DNA from: a virus
Virus record (IMG/VR): IMGVR_UViG_3300042197_002762
Location: 64,001 to 128,000 of that record
Length of the DNA stretch: 64,000 nucleotides
Strand: one strand, 5' to 3'
The notes beneath the pieces are model-generated. The model saw only the letters and a program-made list of their open reading frames with translations. It was not told the DNA's origin and ran no database searches. The position numbers and the translations under genes are program-made. How positions within the stretch are numbered: position 1 is the stretch's first letter; each line of letters starts with the position of its first letter. Positions 29,404-38,898 of the stretch are shown piece by piece.

Positions 29404-31323
29404 TTATTTATTTATATCAAATTGAATTATATCTTTACCGTTATGCAAGTAATTAAGCATTCTTTGAGTTCCAATATGTGGTAAAAAAGCCATTTCAAAA
29501 AATCCTTTATGGTCACCAGCGCCCTCCAACCACAATAAATTATCCATTTGGGGAATATATGGAATAACTTTATGTATATAAGGATTTCCTATCAAGATAT
29601 CAAAATATTCTTGCTTGGTAGCTATATAAAGATTATATTCAGGGTATACTTCTTTAAAAGATTTAAATAGGCTTGTAACCATAAAAACATCCCCAATACT
29701 TTCTGGAATAACAATTAACGCTCTTTTTCCATAGTCATCTTTATCTAAAAGGTCTTCAAAGTTGATAGGATTGTTTTTAGACAATTCTTCTTTAGCGACT
29801 TGTCTAAAATAATTTTCAATTTGTTCTTTAGGAACTTTTTGTTCTATTTTTTGCAACCAATGAATTAAACCTTCATCTTGATCCGTAACTTCTCTATCTA
29901 AAATTAATTTATATAAAGATTTAATCCATTCTTTATCGTCTGAATTAACTTCTACTTTGGCATCTGGATTTGGGCTATTATTGGAATTAGTATTAAAATC
30001 GAAATCTTCATCATTTAAAAGATTTTGGTTATCAATAAATTCTGCAATTTTGGATCCATTTACTTCTATTGCATAGTTATCTAAAGCCCATTTTCTGGAA
30101 TCTTTTTCCATTTTATATCTGAGTTGTGGCTTCATTTCATATACTTTCTTAAAAATTTTAGAAAGTTCATACGCAGAAGGTTGAGATTTTAGAAATTGCG
30201 TTCCATGTTCCGTATAAAAAGTAAACTTCATAGGAATACTTCCTTTATTGTATTCTATAATATCCTCACCAAAAGAATAAGAACATGTGGTAATAATTTT
30301 TTCAGTCAAAGCGGCTTCCACACAAGGTAATTCACAAGCTCCAGACGTTGCTGGATGAGAGTATAAAGAAAATATATTATATATTTCATTTAATTGCTCG
30401 TCTGTGACACCAAGGCCGACATTAGCTGTAATTAAAGTTTTTCTTTTTGTGATTGGATTTTCGATATCTTGACCATGAAATGGCGCAATAAAATATTGGC
30501 GCGTTTCTTTACAAACATATGTACATAGAACTTCTCTAGGGTCAACTCCATATTGTTGACATAAACGGTGAATATCCCATCCTTCCCCATAATGAGTATG
30601 TGTATATAAAAATGTATTTTTAATTTCAGGATTATGTTTTTTAAATAACGCGTATGCTTCAATTTGCGTATTGACTAATTTACGTAATTGATTTCTAAAA
30701 ACAAACCCGATGATAAAAGCATCTTGGGGCAAACCAAATCTCGCTTTAATTTCTGCAATTTTACTATCAGATAATTTATAAAAATTATTAGTATTAACTA
30801 GAGGATATTGATTTTTTACATTGTTAAACCCTAATTTATGAAATTCTTTTCTGGCAAAATCGCTCCATGTCCAATAATTATCTATTGTTTTAGCTTTTTC
30901 AACTGTATCTGGAAGTAATGGTAAAGAATCAAACGTGTTCCAGCATACGGTGGGTATTTTTTTAAAGAATGGCATTTCTGAAACAAATTGAGATCCCCAT
31001 GTGTCATTAATTGAAAAAATTACATCAGGTTTAAAATCTTTAACTATATTAGTTATTTCTAAAGCCCCATACGCAGCATTACGTGCAAGATTTGGATCTT
31101 GGTTAATTTGTTGTATTTTTTGTGGATCGTCAGGAAGAACCCCAACTGTTTTCCAAGGATACTTTTGAGTATGTGGGCCGTGTTTTGGGGTTCCTTGAGC
31201 TGCATTTAAGATATCATATTTTCCTGTTTTGTATAGATAAGTTAATAGCAATTTACATTGTTTACCAAACCCCGTAAAAGCGCCAGCGTAATCTGTTAAA
31301 AATAAGACTCTTTTTTTACGCAT
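29404..31323 (-). CDS. GT4 glycosyltransferase fused to DUF4214-like segment and GT9 N-terminal lobe
   Basis: TGFGKQ N-terminal motif; HPATSGACELPCVEA (GT4 E-x7-E equivalent); WIKSLYKLILDRE..EGLIHW; ESIGDVFMVTSLFKSFKEVYP...NPYIHKVI. Confidence 0.78.
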   Translation of the reverse strand: MRKKRVLFLTDYAGAFTGFGKQCKLLLTYLYKTGKYDILNAAQGTPKHGPHTQKYPWKTVGVLPDDPQKIQQINQDPNLARNAAYGALEITNIVKDFKPDVIFSINDTWGSQFVSEMPFFKKIPTVCWNTFDSLPLLPDTVEKAKTIDNYWTWSDFARKEFHKLGFNNVKNQYPLVNTNNFYKLSDSKIAEIKARFGLPQDAFIIGFVFRNQLRKLVNTQIEAYALFKKHNPEIKNTFLYTHTHYGEGWDIHRLCQQYGVDPREVLCTYVCKETRQYFIAPFHGQDIENPITKRKTLITANVGLGVTDEQLNEIYNIFSLYSHPATSGACELPCVEAALTEKIITTCSYSFGEDIIEYNKGSIPMKFTFYTEHGTQFLKSQPSAYELSKIFKKVYEMKPQLRYKMEKDSRKWALDNYAIEVNGSKIAEFIDNQNLLNDEDFDFNTNSNNSPNPDAKVEVNSDDKEWIKSLYKLILDREVTDQDEGLIHWLQKIEQKVPKEQIENYFRQVAKEELSKNNPINFEDLLDKDDYGKRALIVIPESIGDVFMVTSLFKSFKEVYPEYNLYIATKQEYFDILIGNPYIHKVIPYIPQMDNLLWLEGAGDHKGFFEMAFLPHIGTQRMLNYLHNGKDIIQFDINK

Positions 31324-31332
31324 ATTAATGTA

Positions 31333-31767
31333 TTATAAATACATTTGTTGCAATGTCAATTTTAAATATTCTTGAAGACGAAGAGTTTCTGCAAAATTTA
31401 ATGCAATACTAATTCCGCCAAGCTTAACTAAATAACCAACATGATTTTCATCACGGATAAATGGTTCAACAAAAATTGGTGTTTTACCAGCATGAACTGT
31501 AGACCATTTCTTTGCTCCATTAGATTGCAAAACTAATAAAACTTCAGCAATATCATTTTCGCTTAGTTTGATTCTTTTATGTTTTTCTGGATTATTTACA
31601 TTATCTTTGAATGTTCCATTTTTAGTTTCGTCATTCCATCCAGCTTGACGTATCATGTTTACATAAAAACCATTCTTTTTTTGATCTTCTTGATCTTGTG
31701 TTAAACCAAAAGTTATCCAAGCTCCAGTTACAGATTTTGTAGGTTTGCAAAAATCTAATTTTTTCAT
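31333..31767 (-). CDS. hypothetical protein, possibly PC4/Whirly-like ssDNA-binding fold
   Basis: 144 aa; FYVNMIRQAGWN..GTF..RIKLSENDIAEV pattern; weak. Confidence 0.4.
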   Translation of the reverse strand: MKKLDFCKPTKSVTGAWITFGLTQDQEDQKKNGFYVNMIRQAGWNDETKNGTFKDNVNNPEKHKRIKLSENDIAEVLLVLQSNGAKKWSTVHAGKTPIFVEPFIRDENHVGYLVKLGGISIALNFAETLRLQEYLKLTLQQMYL

Positions 31768-31773
31768 AAATGA

Positions 31774-32172
31774 TTATATTGCTTTTTTCAAAACATATCT
31801 AAGAATAAAGTCCAAAATTCTTAAAATTATAAATACCAAACCTATATATAGTATATTTCCTAATAGTAATGAAATTACTAAACTAACCCATGTAGTAAAA
31901 CAAATAATACATGAAAATAATTTCAGAAAAAATTTAGTAATAAATGATTTTGTAAAGCATCTTCTTGCGTATAAATATTCAATATAGCTATCAAAATTTA
32001 AATTAGGATTTTCGTTATTTAAATATTCCTCGATTAGCAGCCATTGGTATATGTTATTTGGCAATAACTTTTTGAATGTTTTTACATAAAAAGCAAAGAA
32101 ATCAGAATAAAACCATAAATGTATAATTAACGCACCTATAGAACAGAGTAAAATAAATAATAAACTTGACAT
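31774..32172 (-). CDS. membrane protein with CxxC (DUF1360-like)
   Basis: Hydrophobic segments; LFSCIICFTTWVS. Confidence 0.55.
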   Translation of the reverse strand: MSSLLFILLCSIGALIIHLWFYSDFFAFYVKTFKKLLPNNIYQWLLIEEYLNNENPNLNFDSYIEYLYARRCFTKSFITKFFLKLFSCIICFTTWVSLVISLLLGNILYIGLVFIILRILDFILRYVLKKAI

Positions 32173-32193
32173 TACTGTAAAAAAATTTAAAAT
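32166..32193 (+). promoter_or_regulatory. possible sigma-70-type promoter reading into the hairpin element
   Basis: TTGACA-N16-TAAAAT; spacer is one base shorter than the others. Confidence 0.4.
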
Positions 32194-32210
32194 AAAGGAA
32201 CATTTCTATT

Positions 32211-32258
32211 TCGAAACCTCACTTCGTTCGGCTTCGATTTGTTCGCTTCGCTCACAAA
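32211..32258 (-). other. twin DNA hairpin element (stem / tandem G.A / cGAAg triloop); candidate origin or hairpin promoter
   Basis: Minus strand TTTGT-GA-GCGAAGC-GA-ACAAA followed by TCGAAGCC-GA-ACGAAGT-GA-GGTTTCGA in the largest intergenic gap. Confidence 0.6.
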
Positions 32259-32296
32259 GATTATATTCATCTTTTTAAGAAAATCAAATTTTTTTG

Positions 32297-32325
32297 TTGA
32301 CTATCAAATTAATTTATAGTAGTAT
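32297..32325 (+). promoter_or_regulatory. sigma-70-type promoter, leaderless
   Basis: TTGACT-N17-TAGTAT, in-frame ATG 32333 7 nt downstream. Confidence 0.65.
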
Positions 32326-32332
32326 GGAAAAA

Positions 32333-32923
32333 ATGAATCGTTTAAAAGATGAAACCTTGATAAAAAAAGTAATTAATAACCAGTGTAATGAGAGCTTAAA
32401 AGAACTTGTTAACCGTCATAGCGGAATGATTTTTAATATTGGTAAAAAGTATTGTAGTCCATGTAATTTGGACATCAATGAATTGAATGATAACAAATAT
32501 TGGATTATTTTTAATGCTGCTAAATCATACAATGCAGAAAAAGGTAGTAAATTTTCAACATGGTTAGGAAACCAAATAAGATTTTTCTGCTTAAATTTTA
32601 AGAATAAAAATTCTAAACTTGTCTCAACAGAAGATGCTCATCTAGAATTTTTTATTAATAATTCTTCTAAATTAGAGAATAACTCGAATAAAAAAGAAAG
32701 CATTAATAATATTATTGATCTATTCCATCAAATATCAGACCCTAATACAAAAAATGCAATATATTATCGTTATTTCTATAATAAGGAGCGTATATTAAAT
32801 TATTCAGAAATAGCTGAAATTCTTAATGTAACACCTCAAACAGTTTTAAATTGGCATAATAAATTTATAGAATTTGCTAAAAAAAAATTGACATCCCACG
32901 AAACTATTGATATTATGAAATAA
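32333..32923 (+). CDS. phage-encoded sigma-70-family RNA polymerase sigma factor
   Basis: Region 2 (ELVNRHSGMI...AAKSYNAEKGSKFSTW) and region 4 HTH (LNYSEIAEILNVTPQTVLNWH); ORF track start 32294, ATG 32324 or 32333 more likely. Confidence 0.82.
   Translation: MNRLKDETLIKKVINNQCNESLKELVNRHSGMIFNIGKKYCSPCNLDINELNDNKYWIIFNAAKSYNAEKGSKFSTWLGNQIRFFCLNFKNKNSKLVSTEDAHLEFFINNSSKLENNSNKKESINNIIDLFHQISDPNTKNAIYYRYFYNKERILNYSEIAEILNVTPQTVLNWHNKFIEFAKKKLTSHETIDIMK
32888..32916 (+). promoter_or_regulatory. sigma-70-type promoter
   Basis: TTGACA-N17-TATTAT, ATG 9 nt downstream. Confidence 0.65.
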
Positions 32924-32925
32924 CT

Positions 32926-33231
32926 ATGGATAATAATGACAAACCCAAACTCGAAGAAGCCGGAGCTTTCTGGATTAAGAAATCAAAAACAGGTAACCAA
33001 TTTCTAACCGGTAAAGTTAAATCGAAATCTGGAGAAGAAATTAGTGTTTTAGTTTTTAAAAACAAATATAAAACTGAAGGATCTAATCAACCTGACTATC
33101 GTGTCTACTTTGATAATGGCCCACAGAAAACAAATTCTGAGATGCCCCAAACTGAAGTAGCTACAAAAACACAAAAAGCCGCTCCTAAAAAAGAGACTGA
33201 AGTAGCAAAAACTGAAGATATTCCATTTTAA
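32926..33231 (+). CDS. small ssDNA-binding protein (DUF736-like) with SSB-type C-terminal tail
   Basis: GAFWIKKSKTGNQFLTG...NQPDYRVY; ends EDIPF. Confidence 0.7.
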   Translation: MDNNDKPKLEEAGAFWIKKSKTGNQFLTGKVKSKSGEEISVLVFKNKYKTEGSNQPDYRVYFDNGPQKTNSEMPQTEVATKTQKAAPKKETEVAKTEDIPF

Positions 33232-33234
33232 TTT

Positions 33235-34323
33235 GTGTCTAAATTAGCTTTTAATTTACCATTAAATTCTACATCTTTGGGTCAAGTATCTTTCTCGATC
33301 CTAAGAGAGTTGTATAATAAAAAAATACAAATTAATTTATTTCCAATCGGAAATGTAGACATTGGAACCCAAAAACAAGATAATGATTTTATCTTGTGGT
33401 TACAAGATGCGATTGGTTCTTCCTATAAAGAATTCGATAGGAATACTCCAATATTTAAATTGTGGCATCTTAACGGTAGCTTAGAAAGTTTTTCCAAAAA
33501 ACAGGTATTATTATCTTTTTATGAAGTAGATAGCCCTACTAAGACAGAACTTAATATCATAAAAAATAATGAAAAAGTATTATTTTCAAGTAATTATACT
33601 GTTTCTATTTTTAACGCACTTGAAGCTAAAAACGTAGATTTTATTCCACTGGCTTTTGATAATACGCATTTTAGAGAAACCCCTAAAAGAAATATTAAAG
33701 CAATCCAGTTTGGACTGTTTGGAAAACTAGAGCCCCAAAGAAAAAGACATTTAAAAACTATATCTTTATGGGCTAAAAAATACGGTAATAATCCTAATTA
33801 TAGTTTAAATTGCGCTATTTTTAATCATTTTCTTGAACCACAAGTTCAATCACAAATTATTAATCAAGCGTTAGGTGGTCAAAACTACTTTAATATTAAT
33901 TTTTTAAATTACATGCCATCTAATGAAATGTATAATGATCTATTAAATAATACAGACATTGTATTAGCAATGAGTGGCGGAGAAGGATGGGGCTTACCCG
34001 AATTTCAAACTGTTGCGCTTGGAAAGCACTGTTTAGGTCTTAATGCTCATGCCTATAAAGATTGGATGACATCAGATAATTCAGTTATGATCGAACCAAA
34101 TGGTAAAATACCTTGTTATGATAATATCTTTTTTAAGGAAGGTCTTGAATTTAACCAAGGTCAAATTTTTGATTGGGATGAAAAAGATTTTCTACATGGC
34201 TTAGATTTAATTGAGTCTAAATTTAAAAATAACCCCGTAAATACGGAAGGTCTTAAATTACAACAACAATTCACTTATTCTAAAATGGTTGACTCAATTT
34301 TGGAAATCATGAAAAATATTTAA
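33235..34323 (+). CDS. GT4-like glycosyltransferase
   Basis: NSTSLGQVS; GKLEPQRK; SGGEGWGLPEFQ. Confidence 0.8.
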   Translation: MSKLAFNLPLNSTSLGQVSFSILRELYNKKIQINLFPIGNVDIGTQKQDNDFILWLQDAIGSSYKEFDRNTPIFKLWHLNGSLESFSKKQVLLSFYEVDSPTKTELNIIKNNEKVLFSSNYTVSIFNALEAKNVDFIPLAFDNTHFRETPKRNIKAIQFGLFGKLEPQRKRHLKTISLWAKKYGNNPNYSLNCAIFNHFLEPQVQSQIINQALGGQNYFNINFLNYMPSNEMYNDLLNNTDIVLAMSGGEGWGLPEFQTVALGKHCLGLNAHAYKDWMTSDNSVMIEPNGKIPCYDNIFFKEGLEFNQGQIFDWDEKDFLHGLDLIESKFKNNPVNTEGLKLQQQFTYSKMVDSILEIMKNI

Positions 34324-34324
34324 T

Positions 34325-34465
34325 ATGGATACAATAACACCTATTGGAGAAAAAATTAAATTTAAAGATGGCACAGAATATATGCGTATGCCAAATGGTG
34401 AATTGCGTAGAATGTCTCCAAAAGCTGCTCAAATTAGAAAAATGAATAAAAAACAAGTAAAATAA
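34325..34465 (+). CDS. small basic hypothetical protein (46 aa, absent from ORF track)
   Basis: MDTITPIGEKIKFKDGTEYMRMPNGELRRMSPKAAQIRKMNKKQVK fills the gap exactly, with TAA-T-ATG coupling. Confidence 0.65.
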   Translation: MDTITPIGEKIKFKDGTEYMRMPNGELRRMSPKAAQIRKMNKKQVK

Positions 34466-34469
34466 GGAT

Positions 34470-34808
34470 ATGCCTTATTATTTGTTTAGCCACCCAGAAA
34501 CCGAAGAAATTCGTGAAATATTTTTTCATATGAATGATGAAAAAGTATATATTGATGAAAATGGCTTAAAATGGAATCGTGAGTTTGTTGTTCCCCAAGC
34601 TAGTATGGATACAAACATAGATCCATATTCTAAACGCGCGTTCATGGATAAAACAAATAAAGCTGGCACATTTGGTGAAATGATGGACCTTTCGAAAGAG
34701 TTAAGTGAAAAACGTGGTGGCGCAAAAAATGATCCTGTTAAAAAACAGTATGTGCAAAATTGGAAATCTAAAAGAAAATTAAAACATACACCAAAAGCTA
34801 TTCAGTAG
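34470..34808 (+). CDS. FmdB-like small protein lacking the zinc-ribbon cysteines
   Basis: MPYYLF..ET.EIREIFFHMND...WNREF N-terminal pattern. Confidence 0.45.
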   Translation: MPYYLFSHPETEEIREIFFHMNDEKVYIDENGLKWNREFVVPQASMDTNIDPYSKRAFMDKTNKAGTFGEMMDLSKELSEKRGGAKNDPVKKQYVQNWKSKRKLKHTPKAIQ

Positions 34809-34839
34809 AATATTTTTTAATTTGAGAATTTTTATTTTT

Positions 34840-34868
34840 TTGCACTATATATCATATTGATGTATAAT
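34840..34868 (+). promoter_or_regulatory. sigma-70-type promoter
   Basis: TTGCAC-N17-TATAAT, ATG 13 nt downstream. Confidence 0.7.
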
Positions 34869-34881
34869 TTATATTACTAAA

Positions 34882-36861
34882 ATGAGCACAGAAATTATTT
34901 CAGAGAAGTTTGCAAACAAATATAGTAATAAACAACCAAACTGGGGCTTTAATGGGCTAGGTTATATTGTTTATAAAAGAACATACGCCCGTCTTAAAGA
35001 TGATGGTAAGACAGAAGAGTGGCATGAAACTATTCGCCGTTGTATTAATGGAGCGCAAAAAATTGGCGCAAATTATACACAGGAAGAAGCTGAACAGCTT
35101 TTTGATCTTATTTTTAATCTTAAATGTAATTTTGCAGGACGCATGTTGTGGCAACTTGGGACTCCGACTGTAGACCGTTTTGGCGCAAATTCATTACTTA
35201 ACTGCTGGAATGTGTCCATGAATAGCATCAGGTCTTTTCTTTTTCTTTTTGAAAATTTGATGCTCGGTGGTGGTGTTGGTTTTTCTATTCGTCGTGAAGA
35301 TATTCACGAATTACCCCGTATTAAAAAAGGTGTTAATATCACACATAAAAATACTAAGGATGCTGATTTTATTGTTCCCGATAGTCGTGAAGGGTGGATT
35401 CGTCTTTTAGAAAAAGTTCTTGAAGCTTTTTTTGTTAAAGGTAATTCTTTTAATTATTCAACAATTCTTATTCGCGGGGCCGGAGAACGAATTGGGGGGT
35501 TTGGTGGCATCGCAAGTGGGCCACAAATTTTGCTAGACGGTATTGAAAAAATCAATAAAATTTTTCAAACTAGGGAAGGTAAAAAATTACGCTCTATTGA
35601 TGTTCTTGATATCTGTAATATTATTGGCGGGATTGTGGTTTCTGGAAATGTTCGTCGTAGCGCACAAATTGCTATTGGTGATCCAGATGATTATCTTTTC
35701 CTTCGTGCCAAAAATTGGTCTCTTGGTAATATCCCTAATTGGCGCGCAATGTCTAACAATACAATCTATGCAGATGACTACTCTCATATTTCTAATGAAA
35801 TATGGAATAATGGATATATGTTAGATCCAGAAACTGGTTTTGCCAAAGGTGAGCCGTATGGATTTTTTAATCTTCCCCTTTCTCAAAAATACGGTCGTCT
35901 TAAAGATGGCCCAATGAAAGACAGTAATCTTTATCCAACAGATGAAGATAACGTTGTAGGAACAAACCCATGTGGGGAAATTAGTCTTGCTTCTTATGAA
36001 TGTTGCAATCTTTCTGAGCTTTATTTAAATAATATAACCTCAAAAGAAGAACTTATTCTTTGCGCTAAACTTTTATATAAAACACAAAAAGCTATTGCAG
36101 CATTACCCTTCATACATGAAGAAACAAATAAAATTGTACATAAAAATATGCGTCTTGGTTTGGGCGTTACTGGAATTTGTCAATCTCTTGATAAAATTGA
36201 TTGGTTAGATGCTTGCTATAAAGAACTGCGTAAATTTGACAAAGAATGGAGTAAAGAACGTGGATGGAATCGTAGTATTAAACTAACTACAATTAAACCT
36301 AGTGGAACTTTAAGCCTTTTAGGTGGGTCTACTCCAGGTGTCCATCCAGCTTATTCTAAATATTACATTCGCAGAGTTCGTATGGCAAGTAATGACCCTC
36401 TAGTGCAATATTGTCGTGATCTTGGGTATAATGTTGAGTATGTTGTTAATTTTGATGGTTCTGAAAATCATGATACTGTTATTGTAGAATTTCCATGTGA
36501 AACGCCAGATGGCGCACTATTTGCAGATGATATGGGTGTTATTAAACAACTTGAAATGGTTAAGAAGCTTCAAGAAGTTTGGTCAGATAATGCTGTTAGT
36601 GTTACTGCTTATTATAGTGAAGAAGAACTTAACGATCTTAAAAAATGGCTTGCTGAAAATTATGAAAATGGAATTAAATCAGTTAGTTTTCTTTTGAGAC
36701 AAAAGCATGGATTTAAACAAGCCCCATATGAAGAAATTTCTAAAGAAGTATATGAAACTAAAAAATCTAAAGTAAAACCAGTCGTAATTATAAATCAAAA
36801 TATTGGTGATCAAGCTTTAGAAGGGATTGAGTGCGAAGGCGGTGCATGTCCGATTAAATAA
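34882..36861 (+). CDS. nrdJ: class II (B12-dependent) ribonucleotide reductase
   Basis: YKRTYAR, GRMLW, LLNCW, GGGVGF, GNVRRSA, TNPCGEI, TTIKPSGT, C-terminal CEGGACPIK. Confidence 0.93.
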   Translation: MSTEIISEKFANKYSNKQPNWGFNGLGYIVYKRTYARLKDDGKTEEWHETIRRCINGAQKIGANYTQEEAEQLFDLIFNLKCNFAGRMLWQLGTPTVDRFGANSLLNCWNVSMNSIRSFLFLFENLMLGGGVGFSIRREDIHELPRIKKGVNITHKNTKDADFIVPDSREGWIRLLEKVLEAFFVKGNSFNYSTILIRGAGERIGGFGGIASGPQILLDGIEKINKIFQTREGKKLRSIDVLDICNIIGGIVVSGNVRRSAQIAIGDPDDYLFLRAKNWSLGNIPNWRAMSNNTIYADDYSHISNEIWNNGYMLDPETGFAKGEPYGFFNLPLSQKYGRLKDGPMKDSNLYPTDEDNVVGTNPCGEISLASYECCNLSELYLNNITSKEELILCAKLLYKTQKAIAALPFIHEETNKIVHKNMRLGLGVTGICQSLDKIDWLDACYKELRKFDKEWSKERGWNRSIKLTTIKPSGTLSLLGGSTPGVHPAYSKYYIRRVRMASNDPLVQYCRDLGYNVEYVVNFDGSENHDTVIVEFPCETPDGALFADDMGVIKQLEMVKKLQEVWSDNAVSVTAYYSEEELNDLKKWLAENYENGIKSVSFLLRQKHGFKQAPYEEISKEVYETKKSKVKPVVIINQNIGDQALEGIECEGGACPIK

Positions 36862-37289
36862 TGAAAAATAAAGATGTGCATAAACAATTGCGCGACTCAA
36901 TGGACGAGACTTTGGAAACAAAGTTTATGCAAAATCTCCAATGGTCAATGTTATTTTTTTGTTTTAATTATATTGCAAATCATATAAACGAAGAGCATGA
37001 ATTTAAAGATAAACATGTTCATAAAGAATTTATTAAAACATGGAAAAAATTTGCACACCAAAATATCGCTAGTTCAGATTTAAAAATTATTAATGATATT
37101 TTAAATTCTCCTAAAAATGTATTCTATTCAGCGCTTCAAAATAGCAATGAAATAACAGAAAGTACAGAAATATATCAAGAAAAATATAATAATATTTTAA
37201 GCAAAATTGAAAAATTTTTCACAAAAACTTTAGATACTCAACAAAATTTTGAGCCGCCAGAAGAAGAAGACGATAATGAATATGCATAA
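36861..37289 (+). CDS. hypothetical protein
   Basis: 142 aa, TAATG-coupled. Confidence 0.65.
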   Translation: MKNKDVHKQLRDSMDETLETKFMQNLQWSMLFFCFNYIANHINEEHEFKDKHVHKEFIKTWKKFAHQNIASSDLKIINDILNSPKNVFYSALQNSNEITESTEIYQEKYNNILSKIEKFFTKTLDTQQNFEPPEEEDDNEYA

Positions 37290-38334
37290 AAAAGTTATTA
37301 TAACTGGAGTAACTGGGCAAGATGGTAGCTATATGACAGATCTTCTTTTGGAAGAAACTGATTATGAAGTATTTGGAATGGTTAGAAGGGCTTCTACAAA
37401 TAATTATCATAATATAAAACATTTATTAGATAATTCTAGATTTAAATTAATTACTGGCGATTTAACAGATTCGCAATCTATAGATAATATTGTAAGAGAT
37501 ATTAAACCAGATTTTTTTATTAATTTAGCCGCTCAAAGTTTTGTAGGAGCATCTTGGCAAATTCCAGAACAAACATTTGATATAGATGCGGTAGGTGTTA
37601 TTAGGTGTCTTGAAGCTATTAGAAAGCACGCCCCAAAGTGTAGATTTTATAATGCTGGATCTTCAGAAGAATTAGGTAATGTAGATTACAGTCCTCAAGA
37701 TGAGAACCATCCTTTAAAACCAAGAAGTCCGTACGGAGCAGCAAAAGCTGCTGCTAGGCATATTGTTAAAGTATATCGTGAAAGTTATAATCTTTTTGCT
37801 ATTCAAGGTTTATTATATAACCATGAAAGCCCACGACGTGGAGAAGAATTTGTAACTAGAAAAATTACAAAAGAAATAGCAAGAATTAAAAAAGCCATAG
37901 ATTATGGTTATAAATTTGAGCCATTAGAGTTGGGTAATATTTATGCTAAAAGAGACTGGAGTCATGCAAAAGATTTTGTTAGAGGCATTTGGATGATGCT
38001 TAACCAAGAAGAACCTAGGGAATATATTTTATCTTCTGGAGAAACTCACACCGTAAAAGAATTTATTGAAAAAGCTTTTAAAGTCGCTGGGATAGATGGC
38101 AAGTGGGAATTTTGTGGTATAACAATAAATAATAAAAATCCAGAAGACGAAATATTTAGAAAAGATACTGGACAGATATTAATGAAAATTAATCCAGCAT
38201 TTTATCGCCCAGCAGAAGTAGATTTATTATTGGGTAACCCAAATAAAGCAATAACTGAATTAAGGTGGAATTCGGAAATTTCTTTTGACAAGCTAATTAA
38301 AGAAATGGTAAGCTCGGACATCCAAAATGTGTAA
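37282..38334 (+). CDS. gmd: GDP-mannose 4,6-dehydratase
   Basis: ITGVTGQDGSY, NLAAQSFV, YNAGSSEE, SPYGAAK, NHESPRRGEEFVTRKI, RDWSHAKDFV, RPAEVDLLLG; ORF track start 37249. Confidence 0.95.
   Translation: MHKKVIITGVTGQDGSYMTDLLLEETDYEVFGMVRRASTNNYHNIKHLLDNSRFKLITGDLTDSQSIDNIVRDIKPDFFINLAAQSFVGASWQIPEQTFDIDAVGVIRCLEAIRKHAPKCRFYNAGSSEELGNVDYSPQDENHPLKPRSPYGAAKAAARHIVKVYRESYNLFAIQGLLYNHESPRRGEEFVTRKITKEIARIKKAIDYGYKFEPLELGNIYAKRDWSHAKDFVRGIWMMLNQEEPREYILSSGETHTVKEFIEKAFKVAGIDGKWEFCGITINNKNPEDEIFRKDTGQILMKINPAFYRPAEVDLLLGNPNKAITELRWNSEISFDKLIKEMVSSDIQNV
38329..38334 (+). promoter_or_regulatory. GTGTAA putative late-promoter motif
   Basis: 20 nt before ATG 38355; overlaps gmd stop. Confidence 0.4.
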
Positions 38335-38354
38335 ATTTTGTGTATAATATTATT

Positions 38355-38558
38355 ATGGATATAGAACCCTTAACGCCAAATCAGTCAAAATTTCATACTT
38401 GTAAATTTCGTTCAGAGTTGCCCATTACAAAAACTATAAAGAGGTGTTCTTGTCGTGGTGGCGATTATCAGTTGACAGCATTTTATTGTAATGAGCGTCA
38501 AATTTTTGAAGTTAACGAAGATACTTGTCAAAATTGTGAAGTCTATCAATCTAAATAA
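38355..38558 (+). CDS. small Cys-rich protein
   Basis: Six Cys including CSC and CxxC; ORF track start 38340. Confidence 0.6.
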   Translation: MDIEPLTPNQSKFHTCKFRSELPITKTIKRCSCRGGDYQLTAFYCNERQIFEVNEDTCQNCEVYQSK

Positions 38559-38898
38559 AAAAGATTTTGTAAAAAAATTCTTAAAAGATACTAATAATAT
38601 TATTTGGCCAAAAGAAATGAAAATGGTCAAAAGTTTATTCAAAATTTTTCCTAATGAAGATTTTTGGAAAGGTTTAAATTTAAATTTTAAATTAAATTCC
38701 CTATGTTGGTTTTTATCCGACGATGGGCGAAAATTTCTTAATAACGAATACAAAAAATTTAATTTAGAATTACCAGAAACAAAAAAATTTGAAATAGAAA
38801 ATAATAATATTGCTTTCGAATCCAAAAAAAGCTATGATTTAGATAAAGCTCTTAATCTCAGAGAATTTTTAAATTTATGGCAAAAGAAAACACTTTAA
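38491..38898 (+). CDS. hypothetical protein
   Basis: ORF fills gap before recA; GTG 38536 is a likely start. Confidence 0.6.
   Translation: MSVKFLKLTKILVKIVKSINLNKKDFVKKFLKDTNNIIWPKEMKMVKSLFKIFPNEDFWKGLNLNFKLNSLCWFLSDDGRKFLNNEYKKFNLELPETKKFEIENNNIAFESKKSYDLDKALNLREFLNLWQKKTL

Noticed and set aside
32173-32293. tRNA or Rho-independent terminator in the largest gap
   Set aside because: No cloverleaf, T-loop or CCA; stems rely on G.A pairs and GAA triloops and lack a convincing U-tract
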